A stretch of 56,919 nucleotides of DNA, counting the filler, from Dirinaria sp. TL-2023a (taxonomy: Eukaryota): the NCBI GenBank assembly GCA_051941275.1. It is 2 parts of 2 records of this genome, joined end to end, with 100 filler letters (N's around TTAATTAATTAA, not from the genome) between each part and the next. Parts side by side here need not be neighbours in the genome. Positions count along the whole stretch, not along the records: positions 28,569 to 56,919 come from JAVEBF010000126.1; 1 more part is not named here. One strand, written 5' to 3'. The position numbers and the translations under genes are program-made. Shown here one piece after another: positions 48,861 through 56,919 of the stretch. The notes beneath the pieces are model-generated. The model searched no databases, was not told the DNA's origin, and was given only the letters and a program-made list of their open reading frames with translations. Within the stretch, counting starts at the first letter, position 1, and every line of letters begins with the position of its first letter.

Positions 48861-49524
48861 TAACGCTGTGGAAGCGCAATACGCTCACGAAGTAATTGGG
48901 TCGATTCAGTGAGGTAAAAGCGCGGGCACGCATTGAAAAGGTAAGGTAAGGCGAGGAAAACGATTATCCGTTCAAGGCGAAATACGGGGAAAAGAGCAGC
49001 CGGCCCACACTCCAGGCAACAATTATTCAAGTGCTAAGAGAGTGTGAAATTGATTACCCGTGCACGGAAGTTAAGTTAATGCAAAAAAACAAAAGAGAAA
49101 AACGAAGAGAGCTTAGAGTATTACTTAAATTGATGCTCTGGACTAAAAGCTAATTTGCGGATAGCATGCTTCGATCTCTCAATGCATTGTGGTGCCATCC
49201 CCCCTTTGGAGGTATCCAACCATCGCTGTTACTGCCTCTATGATGCAGTTGCCCTATGTCGAGGCTATACCTAGCAATGTGGCATTCTCAATGGCTCGAT
49301 TAAGCTTCGTAATGTCGTGTATTCGTTGTCGAGTTGACATCGAAAAGAGCGCTTCCTGCATGGCAGCAACTGGTCTATGGATTTTAAATAGACATGGTCA
49401 TACTTGTCATAGAATGAAATATTCTAAGAACGATGTCGGTCTGCGAATCCACAATTTTGTTTTTGCTACTGTTAGCCTTAAGAATTGAAGGCCGTACCTT
49501 GTGAAATAGGGGTTGGAGTACATG

Positions 49525-52335
49525 CTAAGAGCCGAGCGACAGCCCCTGGAAAGCATGACCCCAGTCGGTCGCCAGTACGTGTGGCTTTCTAGCCTCTCCA
49601 CTACCAGCATGAGGGCGTACTGCGTAGTTAGGCGAGCGCGCATCCTGGACGTGGTAAGGCACAGACGCGTACTGTGGTTGACTCCCGGTGGCTTGTGGTA
49701 CACCAGGGCGATAGTCGATTGGGAGCTGATCTATCTGGCGGCTCTCGACGTCTTGATGCTGGAACGGCTGCGAGTAGACCTGGGCAAAAGGCACGGAATT
49801 GATACCAGTGTTCTGATTCGAGTCCCAAAGTCGGTCGAAAGTGCCCTGCGCCAAGTTCGGAGCACCAAACACTGGATTACCAATCTCGGTTTTCTGATGG
49901 CGCGCAGAATATGGGTCTGCCTCTGTGTTGAAGGCGCCAGGACCCAGGCCAGAAGGCAGCTGCAAGCCTGCGACAGGAGTAGCAAAGGACGCAGGGTTAA
50001 TGGCAGACATCCAAATGCGTGTTTTGTATATCTTAAATAAATCGGTCACCAAAGGATTGAAGTTGATGTACGAATCTGCAAAGTAGTAGAAGGTCAACTT
50101 CTTCCAATCCCTGGCCACAGATTAGAACAAGAGTAGAAACAATAGACAAGAAACGTACATCTGGAATTCTGCATCTAGGATCTCCATGTTAAGACGATGC
50201 TCCACAACCTTTTGCTGGCACACACGCTTCGCCTTCGCTTCGTTGCCCTCCTTGTCTCGTAAGGTTTGTATCTCATGCGCCTGTGCAAGACGCTTGATCA
50301 TCTTCGGCTTTACATCGGAGCTGGGTGCATCTTGCGTAGCAGAGATGACACCTGTGCCTCCGATGGTGCCAGTACGCGCAACATGACTGACCTTCTGACC
50401 GTTAGGATTCGCTCCTGCAGTCGTGCCTTCTTGGCCATGCCGAGAGAATATCATGAGCCAACGGTAATGCTCCTCCATATAGTGCTCTTTCATTTCTTTC
50501 GCCTTCGACCAAGGAACCTTATCGTGGGCAACTGTACCAAGGTCTGTGCCTCTATCTGCCTCTACAATTACGAGATCTCCAGGTTTGACTTGGAGACCTG
50601 TCCCTTCCTGGACATAGAAGACGTCGGCTCGGCAGGCTTTGAAAGTGACAATATAGAGTAGTTGATGCGGTCGAGGTTGCTGACTTGCGTGCTGAGAACG
50701 TCCATGCTGATGATGGGCCTGGTACGTTGGATTGAAGGTGGTTGGGGAGGTTATGGGACCATTGACGTCCCCTGTCCGCAGAGATGAATCCATCCCCGAG
50801 AAATAGGATACTGCAAAATCACGGTCGCGTAAATGCTCGAGTTCTAAAGCTTGTTCTTGGAGCTGCTGACAGATACGAAATTGTTCATACTCACCACTGT
50901 CGCTCTGTGAAGGGCGAACCAGACCTTCACCGTAAGCAGATGGGCTGCCATGCTTCCCACCATTTCTGTGGCCGCTACCTGCAGCGGCAAAGCTCTTCTG
51001 CGATTCACTTGCAGAGCTGAGAGAAGTCTGACGGGTGGGCACGTCAGCAAAAGAGTGGCGGCGGCTTTGGGGAGGCTCCCCAAGGCCGCCAAAGCCCAAG
51101 GAGCTTTGCCAGTGACCTTTCTTGACGCTCTCCAATGTCCGATTTTCGGGTACACCAGTGACCGAAAATTGTCTCCCAGGTTTCACTGCATACTCACTAG
51201 CGCGCCTTCCATTGAGATCAGAAGGATGGTAAAGCTGGCTTCCTTCCGGTTCATCCGGGTCATAGAAAGGAGAACTAATCTCCTCTGGTACTGGTTCATG
51301 AATGCGTTGGTTATACGCCTGCGTGGTACTTCTGGCTGCTTGTGTAGCGGAATTAGTAGTCACTGCACGGTTTCTACCTCGATTGTTATCGAGTTGCTCC
51401 GCCGCAGCTTGACGCAGCAAAGCATTCTCCATAGCTAGCTGTTCAATGGCTCTGGCCTGGGTTGTTGATAGGTGTACACCTGCTTCTGATCCGTTCGAGC
51501 TCTCGTCATCGTCCTCAACCTCGCGTAATTGTCCAAGTAACGTCGGATCATGTGACATGTCACCAAGCATGCTCGGCCGTGAAGGTCTATGCTGGAGACC
51601 TCCATACTGTACTCCACTCCTTGCCCGACCGTTCGAAAATAAGCCGCCTACTCCAGCCGGCGTCTGTGCAGAATCTGGGTCCATTTGGCCTACAGAGTAT
51701 GATTGCGAGCGGTAGGTCTTCAGTGTTGGCTGCAAAGGGATCGCGAAAGGGATCGACGAGTCTCCAGTGATCTCTCGGTTGAGTGGAGGACTCAACATAG
51801 GATCCTCACTGCGTAAGCCGGCCGAACTAGGGGGCACTATGCTTGTCGGCGAAGGCAATACCTCGATTAATCGGTTAGGTGGTCCTCTCTGCGATTCACT
51901 GCTATTCCAGATTGCGTTACCCCAAGGGAAGGAGACGCTGCCAGCATGACCGCGACCCATTGTGGACGTGGTCTGGGTAGTAACACCTGAACCCCAATTT
52001 GCCTGGTCCGCAGCTGGAGTCGCTGGATGCGAGTTGACGGGTGAGAAAGTGCCACTTCCACTCAAAGAACCCTTGCGTTGAGAGCCTTGCTGTACCTCGG
52101 TCAACCAGGAAGGGCGTCTGGTTGGCCTAGGACCAAGGCTCTGGTTTATGGATTGTAGCCGATGGTATTGATCTTCATCATCCGAGGAAGCGAGCGCTTC
52201 AGAATCCGGAGTTGAACCTCGAATGCCTGCTTTAGCTTTCTCTAGCAAAATTGATGCGTTACTCCCAGGGAAGCTGCTAAAGGAGGTGCGCTTAGTAGGC
52301 GCACTATGGGTTTGGGAGCTGCTGGCGTTCGCCAT
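49525..52335 (-). CDS. PSP1: PSP1 C-terminal domain protein
   Basis: LYIVTFKACRADVFY, GDLVIVEADRGTDLGTV, KEGNEAKAKRVCQQKV, MEILDAEFQM|DWKKLTFYY...DLFKIYKTRIWM; intron 50111-50158; first ATG in frame at 52335. Confidence 0.9.
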
Positions 52336-55127
52336 TGTCCTTTCCGAAGCTGGTAGACGTCCAGTCGATCTATTAAAGGGCACAGATCTAAGCCGCTCCC
52401 AATACAAGGAAACTGTCAGCTGATAATTAATATGAACTTTGATCAAGCAAGAAGTGAAGATACCTGGCAACAGTCGGTAGATCCCCAGGTGTAGTCACTG
52501 AGCTCTAGGCTGTGAATATCAATTATTGATGGTAGTGACAACAGCTGCAAATGACCTAATTATTCATTCGACTTCAGATGTGAACCCAGTGAAATCTAAG
52601 AACAGGATCAGTCACAGAGCCTTGCTGAACATATGAAGTGGTTCCAGTATTGTCAGGAGGGGGGTGAAGTGCCCTCCTCTAGTGATGAGGGTGAGAGAGA
52701 ATTAGGTGGAGTGAAAGTACGATAGACTTAGCCCGAAAGCGACGGTAGCTCACCTGGAGTTAGAGAATTGTCACGTGACAGTGAATGTAGATAAGGTTTC
52801 GAATCTGTGTAAAAGCTACCGTTCTGAAAAGGTTGGAGATCGGGTTGAGAATCGTCGCTTGATCGCGTCAAGGTTCTCACTAGGAGGTTTCAATACTGAG
52901 CACCTGACTTCCCCAAAATGATCGTAACGACAAAACTTGTGTTGTTGTCAGATGTAGAAGTCTTAATGCTCGTGGACAGTAGAAGGAGAAAAAATACGTC
53001 TGCCACCACATTGTGTTAATGCTTCACTCAGTCCAATGAATTTTATCATATGAAGCGCAGGGTTCTCACCAGTACAAGACCGGGCTAATGTACAAAAATC
53101 ATGTCAACTAGATCAAACTATGTTAGCAGAATTCCGAGCCTACAAAGGCTTGCAGTATCTGCCAATTCGAGCTTTATCCTACTCTCAACCAGTCTGCCAT
53201 AGACTCTCTTGAAAAAGATGCATAAGATTATGCCTTGGGTAAGACGATGGCTCCTCGTACACAAAAATCCTGCATTCGATAGGATGGAGGGAGTCTGCTG
53301 ACATACCTCTCGTGGCAATTTCCCGATAAAATATCTTCTCTATATCGACACAGTTTCTGAAATTAGAGATGAGAAAACGGATAGTATTAGGCGATAGATC
53401 TGTCGAGGCCGTTAATTCCTGCAATAACGCCTGCCACCTGAGTGTATGATCGAGTAATTCGGGATTCGGCACTGTCGCTTCTTAGGTTTGTGGCATCTTC
53501 TAACGCCGAAGTACGCCTTGGACTCAAACCCAAATAGCTATCTATAACTTATAGGGCTCCCCAGCTCTTTTATCACTGTTGACGTGTTACGATCATTCAT
53601 CAACAACGGTTGTAAGAGTGCGCGGGGGTGTAATCATGAGAGCCCTTTGGGAGCGACGAAGGTTCGGCGATAGTAAAGTGATTGGCAAGGAGCGAAGGTT
53701 CCGACCGCTATTGAGACGTGATCCTATGGGCATTCGGTGGTAGATGGACGTAATTGTGAGTAGAGAAAGGCGAGTTGCACAACAAAAGGAGCTCTGCTCG
53801 CGAGCCGACGGGGGCTTGCCTACTGGAATCTTCAAGTCGAATAAGTTTATGGGTGGGCTATATTGGGCCAACCTCGGGAGGGAAGGCCGGTATCAGGAAG
53901 TTCGACAGTAGCGCGTCGTATTTGGTGAGCTGCGACCGAGTCCATATACGGCGGACGGTGAAGTGGTGAGATGGTGAGGTGGGACACGAATGGGGCAGCA
54001 AAAACGGCAGGCGAGCAGAAGTTCGCTAGAAGCTGCAGCTACTCGGAAGACTGGACCCTACGCAGGCTACCTTACGAAGCGGGCGACGGGCGACGGGCTA
54101 AACCTTTTGCAAGCTTGGAGGGGGGGGAGAGCCGTGGAGATGGGGTTGGTCTGAAAATTCAAAGGCGGAGATCACGCAGAACTGCTGCACCGAGAGGGGC
54201 AGAGAGCAGAGATCGTCGATGAGCTTCCGCCGCGCTGGGTAAAGTAGGGTATAATCAGCTTTCCAATTTCCCCACACACCAACCCTACTTGAAGGTAAGC
54301 TAAGGTACCTTGTAGCGATACTAGCACGGAATTGTACTGTAAGTCGAGGGTCATGTACGCTGTGCGGAGTTGCAATCGGTTTGTTCAAACCCTTTCTAGC
54401 TACAGTACCTTTATGTACAGTACCTTACCTGTATGTATGCTGTACCCCACATTCTCCAGGTAAGATGCCCCAAAAGTTTTCAGTCGGCACATCATTGTAC
54501 TTGACCTTAGGTACCTGGTGCACCCAGACTCCTGGGTATACGTCGACTCAACCGTTGGGACATGATTGATCAATTACGCTTTTGCGATGGGCAAGTCGTT
54601 ATCCACTAAAATGGATTTGTCTTGCGTCTGACTGCCCTGGGAGACCAGCTGCAACACCTTTCATGATTCAAGTACTCCATCTAGCTCAAATAGAAATTGT
54701 AAGCTAACGCATAACGTCAATCTCATGCGGCGTCTTGATATCGCTGCTGCGCTGATCGAAAAGACAATAAGCAATAATCTATTTCAACTCTAACATGCAG
54801 TATTTGTGAAGCCGAAGGCGCCTTAAGACTGCCAGCTCAAAATTTGACGGAACCATAGCGTACAAATTCTACTGTCGTCTCATAGAAAACACAGGTCCTC
54901 ATATGAAAGGCGCACAACGTATTTCATCGGTCGCGTTAGTGTGAGTCTTGTGCAAGGTGAAAGACACACAGTGAGTAGCACCTAGAGGAGAGGTAGGTCT
55001 TAGCTACCTACTTTACTTGCCTTAGAGTGGGGCGGGACAATTCCGAACAGATACAGTAACTACCTTAGGTAACTTAAGTACCTTATCGATAAGGTAATCA
55101 CGTCGCTCGCCTCGGCCAGCGAGAACC

Positions 55128-55636
55128 ATGGAGCATGGGAATTTGATAGAGGTTCTCGTATTGAACAAGCACGATAGCTATGATAAATACAAACGAATTT
55201 ATGACGCAGAGACCGAAATTTAGTACAACTGGATTAAGAAATGGCTTGAGGGGAAGCAAAAAGAAAGGGACAGGACTTCCACAGTCGCGATTGAATTTGA
55301 CTGTTATAGGCTTCCTCGAACGTGCGTGACACTCTAGTGGCGGTGGGAATTTCTGAATGCAGTATTTAAGGAAGTAAGAATTAGAATGTGAGGCATTTCA
55401 TCAAGCCCAAGTATTTTATCTAATATACATGTCTTTCCTCTTTACCAGTACAACACTTCAGTATGACTAAGGTATCCTCTTTCATACTTTCATAACAGTA
55501 CTGTGGATCCATCTTTGAAGTGCAACAGAGGCTGGTAGTACCACAGGACTGTGGAGGGTTCGGATCAGGAAGACGGCCAAAATTACTGTGTTCAAATGGA
55601 TGGCAACTTAATGGAACCGAGATGCCCGTACGGTAG
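55128..55636 (+). pseudogene. Candidate pseudogene or stop-interrupted gene
   Basis: ACCATGG start, 82-codon first exon with TAG at 55221 and 55335, canonical intron 55374-55448 (GTAAGA...CTAAT...CAG). No homology recognised; 3' end uncertain. Confidence 0.3.
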
Positions 55637-56055
55637 GCTTACCAAGGTCCTTTTAAGGACAAAAATACCAGAGCTCAGTGGTCAGTGAGTTCTTGGGACT
55701 ATCGGATGGAAGATCCAGAATTGTAGAGCCGGCAGCACTGGCAAATGGCTGGTTCATGTTTTCGAGTGCCTGACGCCTTCAAACGCTTGCCATACCAGGG
55801 AGGGAGCTGATCCTGGCAATGACAGGGAGGGAAGCAATAAGATCGCTCTTGAATTTACGCTTGTGTTAGAGCCTATTAGATTATCATAGCATAGAATACC
55901 ACCACGGTGACTGCCACACTTGGCTTCTTGGCAGTTACGTAGTATAAGCATGATTCCATAAGGTAGCCTGAATACAACTCAACTTCTTACCTACCTTTGG
56001 TTATGACAGCTTGTGCTGTGCCGAGGCTACCTTTTCCGACGGTCTATCAGACGGC

Positions 56056-56919
56056 TTAGGACCCTTTTTGCTCTTTAAGCTTCTCTTCAAATCTGGCAAA
56101 CTCCTTCATAGCGATTTCTTCCTCTTGATCGAAAACCTGAGTCACACCTTGCACTTCTTCGATCTAAGTAGGGCATATTTCTGTCAGCATGTCCTTGGCA
56201 AACCTCACGATATATGGCCTTACGTAGTGCATCAGCATGCTTTCAATGCCATTCTTCAAAGTGACCGTGCTCGAATCACACGTTCGGCACGCACCGCGTA
56301 ATTTCAGCAACACATGCCCGTTATCGAAGCCTCGAAACTCAATATCGCCACCATCGTCTTGGATAGCGGGCCTTATCCGAGTATCTAACAACTCTTTGAT
56401 CATGCTCACTACCTCACTATCATTCTCATGGTATTCGAGCGTGTCTTTCTGTCCCCACTCTTGGCCGGCTTCAGAAGATCTAATTTCGACTGTATTGACA
56501 ATAGCCTCCCCTGAATTAACAGCTTCTGTAATCAAGCTAAAGACTTCCGGCTTGATATGAGGCCAAAGAGCATCTTCGGCTTTCGTGACAGTAATGAAGT
56601 CTGTTCCGTAAAATACTGATGTGATGCCATCAACATTGAACAAGCGGGCAGCGAGTGGTGATGGGTGGGGAGGTGCCAATGTCGAGCGAGGTGAAAGGTA
56701 TTCGAGAAAGGGGGAAGATAAAGCGTATGGAAGTATGCGCGAGTTTGGAAGAAATTTCAGAGCCTGCGAGACCTGTTAGAAGTCCTGAGGGTCACGAAGT
56801 CGAGCTAGGAGCATTTACATCTGCATTGGGGGTGGGCTCTGTCTGAATGAACAACGTCCGAGCGAAAGCTGGTGTATCTAAAACCCGGCGAACAAGTGGG
56901 CGTTCGGATTGTGATAAAC
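56056..56919 (-). CDS. NFU1: Mitochondrial Fe-S cluster carrier Nfu1 (5' end beyond the window)
   Basis: RTLFIQTEPTPNAD|ALKFLP, SPLAARLF, IRPAIQDDGGDIEFRGF, GACRTCDSSTVTLKNGIE, MHY|IEEV. Introns 56764-56818 and 56164-56223. Confidence 0.95.

Noticed and set aside
53185..53472. 95-aa ORF in the PSP1 upstream region as a separate gene
   Set aside because: Starts at GTG, the in-frame ATG is closed by TAA after 4 codons, and no motif is recognisable; treated as leader sequence.
56005..56070. Possible 1-nt homopolymer error extending the NFU1 C-terminus (QKGPKPSDR...)
   Set aside because: The given frame ends cleanly at QKGS* after the conserved domain; no evidence without reads.

Overview
Gene-dense filamentous-ascomycete (Pezizomycotina) nuclear DNA with short GT-AG introns; a lichen-forming fungus is a guess, based on the orphan secreted protein. 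The window is two contigs joined by an artificial 100-bp linker (44 N + TTAATTAATTAA + 44 N, 28469-28568). Left contig: small secreted protein, HSP104, a conserved Q/P-rich hypothetical protein, carboxypeptidase Y, adenine deaminase, a Zn2Cys6 transcription factor, a small conserved protein and a large DPR-motif dehydrin-like protein. Right contig: truncated SEC31, GET2, Y-family polymerase iota-like, a hypothetical protein, an M20 N-carbamoyl-amino-acid amidohydrolase, RPS10/SDE2 (divergent), a HECT E3 (HUL4-like), RPL15, a 4-exon orphan, a PSP1-domain protein and a truncated NFU1. Gene models were spliced by hand. I saw no tRNA, rRNA, intact transposon, CRISPR or metabolite cluster, and I cannot demonstrate a new system. 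Best leads: (1) a TACCTTA/TAAGGTA half-site that clusters, often as palindromes, at many promoters; (2) a long PSP1 leader that looks like a chain of introns with 0-2 nt exons; (3) a frameshift-free reading frame with in-frame TAG stops at 55128; (4) a polymerase-iota zinc finger whose last ligand sits on an 18-nt terminal exon.
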